Of a DNA stretch of 64,000 nt, positions 24,910-37,300 are shown in pieces. The DNA is from Eledone cirrhosa (lineage: Eukaryota). The notes under the pieces are model-generated. The model searched no databases and was not told where the DNA came from. It worked only from the letters and a program-made list of their open reading frames with translations. How positions within the stretch are numbered: position 1 is the first letter of the stretch; every line of letters starts with the position of its first letter. The translations under genes and the position numbers were made by a program. The stretch is from the NCBI GenBank assembly GCA_964016885.1, contig OZ024747.1:72850001-72914000 (forward strand), written 5' to 3'.

Positions 24910-25582
24910 ATTCTCGGTATAAGGTTAAACTTTCTTTGTTTATTTTTATTATATATGAATATTGATTGTTCCTTATATCTCATTCTGTTATTTTGCCCGA
25001 GAAAATATCTGTGTGTGTCATCAAACGTTGTACATATATAGATATTATTTCAGTTTTCAATTGAGTTCTAGCACGTGGCCTCAATTCCTTTTAGAGTTCA
25101 TTGTCATGCGCATGTATTGCTTTTTTTGGCGGTAATATACTTCCTCATTTTTGAATCAGTTTGAGCATTTCTTTAGAACTGCTGGACTAGCAACCTGACA
25201 GATACCTCAGGTACTGATGATGATTATCGCTAAATACTGATGTTGATTAGATTATCAATATTAGTATTATTGGGGCACCCACTGATGAATTATAGGAGCC
25301 CACTTGAATATATATCTATTGATGGCATACAAGCTCCTACATAAATTGGTATAATTTCACCCAAATTGTAGGAATCCTATAATGAAACGAGACGTCCGTC
25401 TGAGAAGAGATATATTCGATATGTCTCATATGAAATAATACAGCCAATTTTCCACGCAATACTTTTAGTTAGCACCCCGAACCCTTAATTAGGAATATAA
25501 CCACTTATTTCCTAATGTTTGTTGAGTGAGTTGGAATTTGGCCGGAGTATTGCTAAAAAGCTTTCTCCGATATTGTATTTAT
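24910..25582 (+). mobile_element. Penelope-type pseudo-LTR remnant (family D) with hammerhead
   Basis: 25424-25582 matches 17415-17573. Contains a canonical hammerhead core and is flanked by (TA)n. Confidence 0.55.
25276..25406 (+). ncRNA. type I hammerhead ribozyme with a large stem II insertion
   Basis: CTGATGA-ATTATAGGA[~77 nt]TCCTATAAT-GAAAC-GAGACGTCC-GTC-TGAG. Stem I is weak. Confidence 0.62.
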
Positions 25583-25636
25583 TATATATATATATAAATA
25601 TATATATACATATATAAATATATATATATATATATA

Positions 25637-25668
<32 letters not shown>

Positions 25669-25682
25669 AATATATATATATT

Positions 25683-25714
<32 letters not shown>

Positions 25715-25737
25715 AATATATATATGTATATAAATAT

Positions 25738-25814
<77 letters not shown>

Positions 25815-26173
25815 AATATATATAAATATATATATATATATAAATATATATATATAAATATATATATATAAATAAATATATATATATAAATAAATATATA
25901 TATATAAATAAATATATATATATAAATATATATATATAAATAAATATATATATATAAATATATATATATATAAATATATATATATAAATAAATATATAAA
26001 TATAAATATATATATATAAATAAATATATATATATAAATATATATATATAAATAAATATATATATATAAATAAATATATATATATAAATATATATATATA
26101 AATAAATAAATATATATAAATATATATATATAAATATATATATATAAATATAAATATATATATATAAACAAAT

Positions 26174-26204
<31 letters not shown>

Positions 26205-26211
26205 AATATAT

Positions 26212-26242
<31 letters not shown>

Positions 26243-26655
26243 AATAAATATATATATATAAATATATATATATATAATATATATATATAAATATATATAT
26301 ATAAATATATATATATAAATATATATATATAAATATATATCATAAATCATGTCTTTAGAATCATCAGATATTAAAATATATACTATTTCTTCTTCTAATT
26401 AGCATAATTAACGATATACAAAATCAAATCTAGCAAGCTTTAAGAATAAATTTTCTTATGGGGAAATCTCCGACAAACAATCGACCGTAGCCTCTTCGCG
26501 GCAGCACCGTTCCATTATTTATCGAACACTTCGACAGCATGCAGACTTCGACCAAATATACCATCAACCACACACAATTAGTAGTAAAATTAAACTTAGA
26601 AGAAATGATTCTAAAGACATGATTATATCTTTCATTTTATGTATATGATAACCCT

Positions 26656-26685
<30 letters not shown>

Positions 26686-26687
<2 letters not shown>

Positions 26688-29600
26688 TATTAAAATAACA
26701 GATTAAAGTTTAAGCAAAGAATCGCTGCTTTCACCCTTAACGGGATCTTCTGAAACTAACAAAGTCAATCTGTAAACGCAGAACTGGATATTTCAAAAAA
26801 CGTTGCAACCGGAGGAAGACAGGAAGACGATACTTTGGTTCGTGGTAACGTTCGCTGGCAAAGAACGGGAAAAAACGAATTATACGTCATTAATAGGAGC
26901 GGTGAAAAACAATTACGCGCAAAGACAGAACCACGTTTATGGTGTAAAAGAGGTCGTAGACTAATGTTCTCTTAGGTGGTGCATAGAGACGTTCTCTGGC
27001 AATGAACGAAAAAACGAAGATAATAAGTCATATGTGGAGCGTGGAGAACAACAGCACGCCAAGACAAAACCACGTAAATGGTATAGCAGAAGTCGTAGAC
27101 TAAAATTAATCTCCGCTACAGAGTTAAGAACAAAGTAAATAAATACAATACAGAAGTAATAGAAACAAATAAATACATACATGCAAACAGATACGTACAT
27201 ACACAAGCATACGCAAAACCTTACCATAGGTATACAAAACCACGCACATATAAATATGTGTGTGTGTATGCTTGTGTACAAATAAATGAATAAATAATTA
27301 TATCAACGTATATAAGTAAATAAATACGTATATACCAAGCGCACACGCATACCTACATATAAATACACGAATGTTCGGAGACGTAAGTCAACTAAAACAA
27401 GAAGTACACATATACACACACCCACCATACGTACGAACCTGCATACTCACGCAGACGCAAAACTCCCGTATACACATAGCCAAACCCTAAATACCAGACT
27501 ATGTAAAAATTATACGCCATAACAGTCAAATATACGTACGAGAAAGTATACATACCTTCACAAAACATACGGGTAATATATACTTACCTATGCAAATAAG
27601 TAAAGGAATAAACAAAACATATACTTAGCTCCCACATCAAGACGTAAAATATCCACGTATAGGTCGTTCTATCCGTTAGGGTATAACGTGGGGCTGTAAT
27701 ACAGGAAAGTTTTGTGCAATTTATATTTACAAGCCGAAATTGCCTCAGATTTTTTGTTTAAGATGTGGTCTGTGGCGTAGAGTATTTCCAGGGCCTCAGC
27801 GGCGCAGAGGTCACATGGTCTTTTATTTCCGTTATACAATCTAGCCCTAGCTAGGATCTCCCAGTGTAACTTATATTGGGTGTGGTTATCTTTTAGACTC
27901 CAGATATAAGCTGAAAGTGACGTCATATTCCTTCTTAGAGGGTAGCGAAAAGAATGGGTATGCACGTAAAGACGCTGCTTGAAACTATTGGCGGTTAACC
28001 CTATATAGGCCCTATGGGACGTGGGTGTTACAACCTTACATTTGTAGACAATGTTACTAGAGAGGCATTTCCCGGATAGGGGGCAATCAGCCCGATTCCT
28101 ACAATTACAGTTAGTACTAACTACAGGGTTGCACGTGTTCCTACGGCTAGGTAGTTATGCTAAATTTGAAGCTGTGATGTTATGTGCAAGGTTAGGAGTC
28201 GTAGAGTAAGACATTTTAATAGTATTTCTATTAAAAATGTTACTATATTTATGTGTAGGGGGAAAATGCTTCGTAATAAGGGAAAGAAAGATCTTAGCTA
28301 ATGGTGTGGCCACCTCCATATTATATGGTGGGTTAAACCAACAAATGCGACGGGATCTATTTCTTCTAGGTCTATTTTCGTACTCTGTATATGCTACCTT
28401 ATCGACAAATCCACTTCGAGCAAGAGCTTCATTGTAATAAGTGGAATGGTCGTTGAAAATGCGCTCGTTGGTGGAAAGACGGGAAAGCCTCAACGAAACG
28501 TTTCTTACCAGGTTCTTGGTTATGCTGGCAGGATGGTTGGAATGCTTACTTATGTAATTAAGCGTATCATTCGGCTTTCTATACGGGTAATACAACCCAT
28601 TCAATAAATTGAGGGTAACGTCGAGGTAATTAACGACTGAGAGATTGGCCTCAACCTGTATAGAGAGGTTGAAGCCTTTAAAGAAGGCTGTGAGTTCTTT
28701 TCTGAACCTGTCGCAAGCACGAGGTCCGCACTTAGTCATGGTCAAAAGACCATCGTCACGGTACAAACCACCGCCCGCGTTGGGGAATTCGTCCTTGATA
28801 GAGAAAAGAAGGAAAAGGCCAATAAAATCAGTAACCTCCGCAGAGTCACTGGCGCCCATACTCACGTCGAATGGGGTACTATTGGATTTTTTAATCCAAA
28901 TAGAGTCGTCGAAATTAATCACCGACTTTCGGGCATTAAGGATGACATCAACTTCAAAATCCTTAACCACTGTGAGTGTTTTAGCGAAATTGATAGCTCT
29001 AAGGAGAAGTGGTAAAGTGATGGAGGAGTAGTAATTGTTGATGTCGAATTGGATAAAACGGCAATGTTCCTTGTTACATATGCCGTTGAACCAATCAATC
29101 ACCGCGAAAGAATTGTTCCACAGTGCGAGAGGGGCCAAACTTCTAATTTCAGGTATAATTCTATCAAGAATCGTTTTACTAAGTCTACCTAAATCGGACT
29201 TCGTAGGGTTAATAAGCCGAATAGAGGGGTTGTTCGGAAAATTGGATTTGTGATCCTTCAGGGTAAAGTGGGGAGAGATAGGGTCCAGAGGTTCGGTCCG
29301 GTCCAGGATGTTGAGATCAGATGTGATTTTAAACCCAGCATCGTTGATTTCATTGATGACGCACCGATTAGTTTTACGGTAATCCTTAGTTACAGCATTA
29401 TGTAGTAGTTGATGGTAAGTACTGCGCTCCACTTGATATAGATTGCCAGTTTTGTCGGAATGGACGTGCACGGCATTAGAATCCTTAATGGAAGGAATTC
29501 TATTCTTCAGGTCTTGCTGGAAGGAATTGCTCCTATTCCGAAATTTGATATTCCGAATGAGTTCCAAGACATCATTTTCGAAGGGTAGCAATGCTGGGTT

Positions 29601-29927
29601 ACACGGAGGGTTATTATAGGTTTTAAACCCAAATTTATCCTGTTTGTTGTCTGCTTTTCGCGGATTATCAAAATAAAAGACATGCCAACGCAACCTTTTA
29701 ATGAACGCGTCTGTTTTCTGTATCAGGAGTTTTAGGTATGTTTTCCTGCTTGGTACGGGTATGTTCTTTGTAGAAATATTCAGATGTTGTTTCTGCATGA
29801 TGAATATAAGTCAGTAGAGTGCTCAACCGAAGGAGCCAAATAGTAATAATAATAAAATTGAAGACTAAAATCCAAAGAGGGCTCGATAAGGAAAATATAT
29901 ATCAAATATATAAGAACCGTAGAGCAA
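26686..29927 (-). mobile_element. near-complete Penelope-like element family B (YRDD-type RT, probably Nematis-like)
   Basis: ORF 28155-29798 continues in frame to 27669. A ~1-kb non-coding 3' region ends in AATAAA and (TA)n, and a tandem copy follows. Confidence 0.92.
27669..29798 (-). pseudogene. Penelope-like RT + GIY-YIG polyprotein (~709 codons) with one internal stop
   Basis: FIQFDINNYYSSI, FDVSMGASDSAEV, GLYRDDGL, NYLDVTLNL. C-terminal CNC..CPL.G.CL..NIVYKC...YIGLT..FKQR, CDLC..E..I, LNKKSE. TAA at 28155-28157 where the neighbouring copy has AAA (Lys). Confidence 0.88.
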
Positions 29928-31873
29928 ATATTTATTAAAATAACAGATTAAAGTTTAAGCAAAGAATCGCTGCTTTCACCCTTAACGGGATCTTCTGAAA
30001 CTAACAAAGTCAATCTGTAAACGCAAAACTGGATATTTCAAAAAACGTTGCAACCGGAGGAAGACAGGAAGACGATACTTTGGTTCGTGGTAACGTTCGC
30101 TGGCAAAGAACGGGAAAAAACGAATATAATACGTCATTAATAGGAGCAGTGAAAAACAATTACGCGCAAAGACAGAACCACGTTTATGGTATAAAAGAGG
30201 TCGTAGACTAATGTTCTTTTAGGTGGTGCATAGAGACGTTCTCTGGCAATGAACGAAAAAACGAAGATAATAAGTCATATGTGGAGCGTGGAGAACAATA
30301 GCACGCCAAGACAAAACCACGTAAATGGTATAGCAGAAGTCGTAGACTAAAATTAATCTCCGCTACAGAGTTAAGAACAAAGTAAATAAATACAATACAG
30401 AAGTAATAGACACAAATAAATACATACATGCAAACAGATACGTACATACACAAGCATACGCAAAACCTTACCATAGGTATACAAAACCACGCACATATAA
30501 ATATGTGTGTGTGTGTGTATGCTTGTGTACAAATAAATGAATAAATAATTATATCAACGTATATAAGTAAATAAATACGTATATACCAAGCGCACACGCA
30601 TACCTACATATAAATACACGAATGTTCGGAGACGTAAGTCAACTAAAACAAGAAGTACACATATACACACACCCACCATACGTACGAACCTGCATACTCA
30701 CGCAGACGCAAAACTCCCGTATACACATAGCCAAACCCTAAATACCAGACTATGTAAAAATTATACGCCATAACAGTCAAATATACGTACGAGAAAGTAT
30801 ACATACCTTCACAAAACATACGGGTAATATATACTTACCTACGCAAATAAGTAAAGGAATAAACAAAACATATACTTAGCTCCCACATCAAGACGTAAAA
30901 TATCCACGTATAGGTCGTGCTATCCGTTAGGGTATAACGTGGGGCTGTAATACAGGAAAGTTTTGTGCAATTTATGTTTACAAGCCGAAATTGCCTCAGA
31001 TTTTTTGTTTAAGATATGGTCTGTGGCGTAGAGTATTTCCAGGGCCTCAGCGGCGCAGAGGTCACATGGTCTTTTATTTCCGTTATACGATCTAGCCCTA
31101 GCTAGGATCTCCCAGTGTAACTTATATTGGGTGTGGTTATCTTTTAGACTCCAGATATAAGCTGAAAGTGACGTCATATTCCTTCTTAGAGGGTAGCGAA
31201 AAGAATGGGTATGCATGTAAAGACGCTGCTTGAAACTATTGGCGGTTAACCCTATGTAGGCCCTATGGGACGTGGGTGTTACAACCTTACATTTGTAGAC
31301 AATGTTACTAGAGAGGCATTTCCCGGATAGGGGGCAATCAGCCCGATTCCTACAATTACAGTTAGTATTAACTACAGGGTTGCACGTGTTCCTACGGCTA
31401 GGTAGTTTAGCTAAATTTGAAGCTGTGATGTTATGTGCAAGGTTAGGAGTCGTAGAGTAAGAAATTTTAATAGTATTTCTATTAAAAATGTTACTATATT
31501 TATGTGTAGGGGGAAAATGCTTCGTAATAAGGGAAGGAAAGATCTTAGCTAATGGTGTGGCCACCTCCATATTATATGGTGGGTTAAACCAACAAATGCG
31601 ACGGGATCTATTTCTTCTAGGTCTATTTTCGTACTCTGTATATGCTACCTTATCGACAAATCCACTTCGAGCAAGAGCTTCATTGTAATAAGTGGAATGG
31701 TCGTTGAAAATGCGCTCGTTGGTGGAAAGACGGGAAAGCCTCAACGAAACGTTTCTTACCAGGTTCTTGGTTATGCTGGCAGGATGGTTGGAATGCTTAC
31801 TTATGTAATTAAGCGTATCATTCGGCTTTCTATACGGGTAATACAACCCATTCAATAAATTGAGGGTAACGTC
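29928..31873 (-). mobile_element. second, 5'-truncated tandem copy of Penelope family B
   Basis: Near-identical to 26686-28623; ORF 30920-31855 is open through the GIY-YIG domain. Confidence 0.92.
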
Positions 31874-31916
31874 ATAATATAAATATATATATATATATAA
31901 ATATATATCTATCTAT

Positions 31917-32052
31917 CTAAGGCGGGTAAAATTCCCGAGATCCATGGACGAGTTCTCTCCAGCTGTCTCTGTCCCTCATTATCGCTGCCATATCCTGCAT
32001 CTCCAACAGACCAGTGTCTGTCCTTAGGGCATCAACATATGTTAACCTTGGG
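31917..32052 (-). mobile_element. ~135-bp 3' tip of an RTE LINE (same family as 61036-62748)
   Basis: Matches 61038-61172. Has an (ATAG)n tail and is flanked by repeats of GGGTAACGTCATAATATAAATATATATAT. Confidence 0.85.
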
Positions 32053-32118
32053 TTACGTCATAATATAAATATATATATATTGGGTAACGTCATAATATAA
32101 ATATATATATATATATAT

Positions 32119-32373
32119 AGTAATAATAATAAAATTGAAGACTAAAATCCAAAGAGGGCTCGATAAGGAAAATATATATCAAATATATAAGAACCGTAGA
32201 GCAAATATTTATTAAAATAACAGATTAAAGTTTAAGCAAAGAATCGTTGCTTTCACCCTTAACGGGATCTTCTGAAACTAACAAAGTCAATCTGTAAACG
32301 CAGAACTGGATATTTCAAAAAACGTTGCAACCGGAGGAAGACAGGAAGACGATACTTTGGTTCGTGGTAACGT
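32119..32373 (-). mobile_element. Penelope family B pLTR/leader fragment
   Basis: Matches 29841-30095. Confidence 0.88.
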
Positions 32374-32384
32374 ACCAAAGTATC

Positions 32385-33196
32385 GTCGACGACACACTCG
32401 GAGAGGCTCTGGGAGTCATCGAAGTCGAACTAACCAGTCTGTACCGGAGGACTTTCGAGCCGGGGACGATGGATAATTTCCAAAAATCCCTCGCTTGGCA
32501 GTGCTATCAGGGGGCACTGCCGGTTCGAGATAAACTCTACAGGCACGGAAGTGCTGTCAGACGGACCTGCCCGAGATGCGCGCAGAGCGACGAAACCGTT
32601 CTGCACGCACTCGTCCTGTGTCCGTGCACTACTGACTTGTGGAGTTATGTTGAACAGCTGTTGTCGCGTGTAAAACGGATCCGGCTATCGGCCGAGTCCA
32701 TAGTGAAGATCGACCCGCCGCCTTCTTTTGGCCAGGAAGGGCAGGCAATTTTCCTCTGTCTGGTGGCAGTAGCGAAAGAGGTTGTATGGTGGACGAGGTT
32801 GAAAGGACTGAAGACAGACACTTTTCTCTTCGGCCAATCCCTCATCAACTTTTTCAAGTTTCACTTGGAAAGGAAGGTGAGGGTGGAGAGAGAAGTCCTG
32901 CCCCCCAGTACATTTGCTGAAAGGTGGGTGAATGTGGCTAGAATGGCCCGTGTGAGTCATGCGGCTGTAGGTAGGTAGGTAAATTTGAGGAGGAGAGGGG
33001 TGCCCTTCCAGGGTGCTCTCGAAGCGTCGGGTCGTTCAGGACTGGTGGGTACCTGAGCGAACCCTAGGTGGTCATCCCCCCTATTGGGGAATTTTTTCTT
33101 GTTGTAATTTTCTTGTTACTTTATTGTTACTTTGTTATTGTTATTCATATTGTTTACTCGATTTTTCTGTAAAACCCCACTGTCCCAGTCTTTTGT
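32385..33196 (+). mobile_element. 3' part of L1/Tx1-like ORF2 (zf-RVT region) and 3'UTR
   Basis: ALPVRDKLYRHG..CPRCAQSDETVLHALVLCP, homologous to 38343-38880. Confidence 0.85.
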
Positions 33197-34185
33197 ATAT
33201 GTTTTGTTTATACCTTTACTTATTTGCATAGGAAAGTATATATTACCCGTATGTTTTGTGAAGGTACGTATACCTTCTCGTACGCATATTTGATTGGTAT
33301 GGCGTATAATTCTATATATTCTGGTACATATGGTTTGGCTATGTGTATACGGGAGTTTTGCGTCTGTGTGAGTATGCAGGTTCGTACGTATGGCGGGTGT
33401 GTGTAAATGTGTACTTCATGTTTTGGTTGACTTACGTCTCCGAACATTCGTGTGTTTATATGAAGGTATGTGTGTGCGCTTGTTATATACGTATTTATTT
33501 ATTTATATACGTTTATTTATTTATTTGTATACACGCATACACACACACACATATTTATATGTGCGGGGTTTTGTATACCTATGGTAAGTTTTTGCGTATG
33601 CTCGTGTATGTACGTATCTGTTTGCATGTATGTATTTATTTATTTCTTTTACTTCTGTATTGTATTTATTTACTTTATTCTTAACTCTGAAGCGGAGATT
33701 CATTCGGTCTCCTAGTTAGAATTTTAGTCTACGACTTCAGCTATACCATTTACGTGGTTTTGTCTTTGCGTGCTATTATTCTCCACACTCCACATATAAC
33801 GTATTATCTTCGTTTTTTCGTTCATTGCCAGAGAACGTCTCTATGCACCACCTAAGAGAACATTAGTCTACGACCTCTTTTATACCATAAATGTGGTTCT
33901 GTCTTTGCGCGTAATTGTTTTTCACCGCTCCTATTAATGACGTATTATATTCGTTTTTTTCCCGTTCTTTGCCAGCGAACGTTACCACGAACCAAAGTAT
34001 CGTCTTCCTGTCTTCCTCCGGTTGCAATGTTTTTTGAAATATCCAGTTCTGCGTTTACAGCCATTCTTTGCTTAAACTTTAAACTGTTATTTTAATAAAT
34101 ATTTGCTCTACGGTTCTTATATATTTGATATATATTTATCCTTATCGAACCCTCTTTGGATTTTAGTCTTCAAATTTATTATTAT

Positions 34186-34190
<5 letters not shown>
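33197..34190 (+). mobile_element. Penelope family B pLTR, opposite orientation to 26686-32373
   Basis: Reverse complement of 29841-30875 with moderate divergence. Confidence 0.88.
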
Positions 34191-34273
<83 letters not shown>

Positions 34274-34279
<6 letters not shown>

Positions 34280-34352
34280 TAAAATAACAGATTAAAGTTT
34301 AAGCAAAGAATCGCTGCTTTCACCCTTAACGGGATCTTCTGAAGACGATACT
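34274..34352 (-). mobile_element. Penelope family B pLTR tip fused to Tx1-like ORF2
   Basis: TTTATTAAAATAACAG...GGGATCTTCTGAA, then GACGATACTTT, then Tx1 sequence. Confidence 0.85.
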
Positions 34353-37300
34353 TTGCGCAAATTTGCGCCTCCCCAACCAAATCCCCGACGACAAGCGCCA
34401 ACCTCTTCGCTAACACCCTGGCCAAAATCTTAAACTCTGTGTTGAGCAGAGTTATGGGCCTGAAATTGTCTAATGTGTCTCTCTTGTTCTCGTCGTTCTT
34501 TATCAGCGTCACTACGCCCCGGCTCACAGAACTGGGAATACTCCCGTTTTGCTGCCAGTTGCAGTAGAGGGCTTCGAGGAGATTGGAGAACAAGTCTGGC
34601 ATATTTACGTAAAGCTCGTAGGTCAGACCATCCAAACCGGGTGACTTGCGCCTCATGCAGCCGACAAGGGCATCCTGAATCTTGGCTGAAGTAATTGGCC
34701 TTTCGCAGCGCCCAGCGTCAGCCGTCGAGAGTTGCGGCAAGCTATCGAGGTAGGGACTGAAGTCCGTCACCATCCCTGACCCGCCACTTCCCCCGAACAA
34801 CCGAGCAAAATGTTAGCGAAAGGCCTCACACATCCTCTTGGAATCGCTCAGCTCGTGCTCGTCTTGGTCCGTCAAAGACCGAATCGTGGTTTTATTACCA
34901 CGTTACGCCTCTGCCACGCGGGCCCATCGAACAGCTTTGGTTCCCTCGTTTCTCAGAGCACGCGCCTTAGCTCTGACAATGCAACCTTCGTGTTTCGCAT
35001 TGAAAAAATGGTCTAATGCCATTCTCGCCGCTAGCACATCAGTAGCAATGCCACTACCAATAGCCTCGTCTAACTTATCTACCAACTCCCCCTCCTTTCT
35101 ATTTTTCTCTAACGCTACATCTTTGTTAAACTCTATCGACATTACTCTAATCTCTCTTTTGAGAGGCCCCCCCCCCCCCCCATCTATTGTTGACGACTCC
35201 CCCTGTCAACTTTTTCTTAACTAAATTGTTGACCTGGTCCCTGTAAGCCTTACGTGCCGGAAATGACATGTTTAGCTTCCAGTACCAAGTCCTAACCTAC
35301 GCGTCTTATCTAGGTCGACCATACAGATCACAAACTTGTGATCTGAATAGGCGACCGTTTCAAAACGTGGACAGCTTACACTATTTCTGTCTATTTTCCT
35401 AATGAATATCCTATCTATATACGATCTAGATGACCCTATGCGGTTAGCCCAGGTCCACACTGGCGCATTAGGGAAATCTAGTCGGTACCTATCAGACAGT
35501 TGGAACTGGCTGATCAGGTTCTTGAGGCTTTTGCACCCCCCCCCCCCCCCCCGCTCCTATCGGATACTCCCATACAGTACCAGCGTGCGTCTAAGATGCC
35601 GTTCCAGTCCCCCGCTAACAGTAAAGGGCGAGACGTACCCAGAAAGGCTTCCAGGCGTCTAAAGAAGTCCGGCCGTCCTGCCCCAGTAGGAGCATAGACG
35701 GCAACCAGTCTAAAGGCACCACCTTCGTTATTGTTCACGTCCAGGACCACCAACTACCCGTCCGGGTCCCGGAAGATCGACCTTACCTCGAGATCCAGGC
35801 CTTTCCTAAACAGCACTGCCACCCCGCCTCCCATTCCCGGCCGGCTAACAGATGCAGAGATCTGATAGTCGTCGAAAATGGGGGCTAGTGCGCGCTTGTC
35901 GGAAATACTGGTCTCGCTGACGGCAATTACATCCATTTTTATAGACCTGAGGTCGTTGAGCAGGTGACCCTGCTTCCAGGACGATCCCAGGCCTCGAACA
36001 TTTAAACATCCTACTCTTAATACGGCCATGTTGGCAGGTTAAAAAGAGAGAGAGGAAGGTTTACTTACCTTCCGGGCTCTTGTGAAGGTCGGGTTGTTCG
36101 ACCTCCATAGTTGGTGGGGTTTCTTTTGGGAACCCCTTTAAAAGTCTTGAAGTGGGTATTACGTTCGGGGTTCCCACGTCCCGAGGAAAGCTGTCTCGTA
36201 TTTCTTTGAATATATCGAGCGACATTCGCACCAGAACCAAATCTTCCGGCACGCGAAATGTGCTCGATTTAAAAATTTCCCCCTCTTTTTGTATATTTTC
36301 ACTTCGTGCTACGAGGGCCATCAGGTCCTTGTTGGCCCTCCTGACGAGCACGAAGTTTTGTATGTTTTGTTGGTGTGATTTTATTTGTTTGCGTTTTTTT
36401 TTCTTTTTGTGTTTCCTTTTTTTGTATTTTGGAGGATTTTCGTTTTCCCTCATCTTCACTACTAGTAGATGAGGGGTCTGTGTCTGTAAGTGTGTCTGTA
36501 TGTATGTTTATGGTTTTATTGGTGTGTGTATTTTGGGGGGGAGGGGGAATTTGACAGCTTTCCTCGTTTCTCTCCTGGTCAATGTTGGTGGTGGTCTTTC
36601 TATTGGTGTTGTTGTTGGTGGTTTTGTCGGTGCTGGTGTTGGTTGTGGTCCTCGCCCCGGCGTCGGCAGCAGTGGAGCCTTTCGACCCCTTGCCTCTTTC
36701 AGCAGTTGAGGGCAGAAGGCTCGCAAATGGGTTTTTTCCCCACAAACAAAACACTGCGGCCTTTTGCCTTCGGTCATAATGTGAATGACCGTCCCATTCT
36801 GAAGGCGGATGTGGTCCAGGATTGTCTTCACAGTCTCGTGCCTTATCTGGAGAAGGATCTCCAGGTCAACCCCGGACCAGTCCTCTCTGGCGGTTCTGGT
36901 CACTTCTATAGGGACGGTATCCGTCCCCTCCACAATCACACATTCCAGAAGCCACCACATGTCAAGTCCTGGTGGGATTCTGTGAATGCGGAGACGGGCC
37001 GTTCTTTTTCCCATGTGGGTGGGGTACATTATGACCTTGCTGGTTTTGCAAGAAGTCATAGCGTGTTTCATAGCGAGGGCTTCTGACTTGAACAACACCA
37101 AAATGGTGCCGTACTGTCTGCCCCTCTCTATGTATTCGGTGACTTCTCTGATGCACCTCAGCGCGACTTCGACATCTTCTTGTGGGATTAAAGCTGCCCT
37201 TTTGGTTTGTGCTGAGATGCATCTATAATGCACCGTTCTGCGCTCCACTGCCTCAATAGCTTCTACCGGGACAGTTAAGTTGACCCAGGTTTGCTCTTGC

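Noticed and set aside
26345-26624. 20-bp inverted repeats suggesting a MITE
   Set aside because: One arm adjoins a CTGATGA motif and the second is not terminal. It is single copy here and cannot be separated from a PLE fold-back remnant.
32325-32978. 217-aa ORF as a novel fusion protein (also the C-terminus of 34279-34800)
   Set aside because: The non-Tx1 residues come from non-coding pLTR read across a rearrangement junction.
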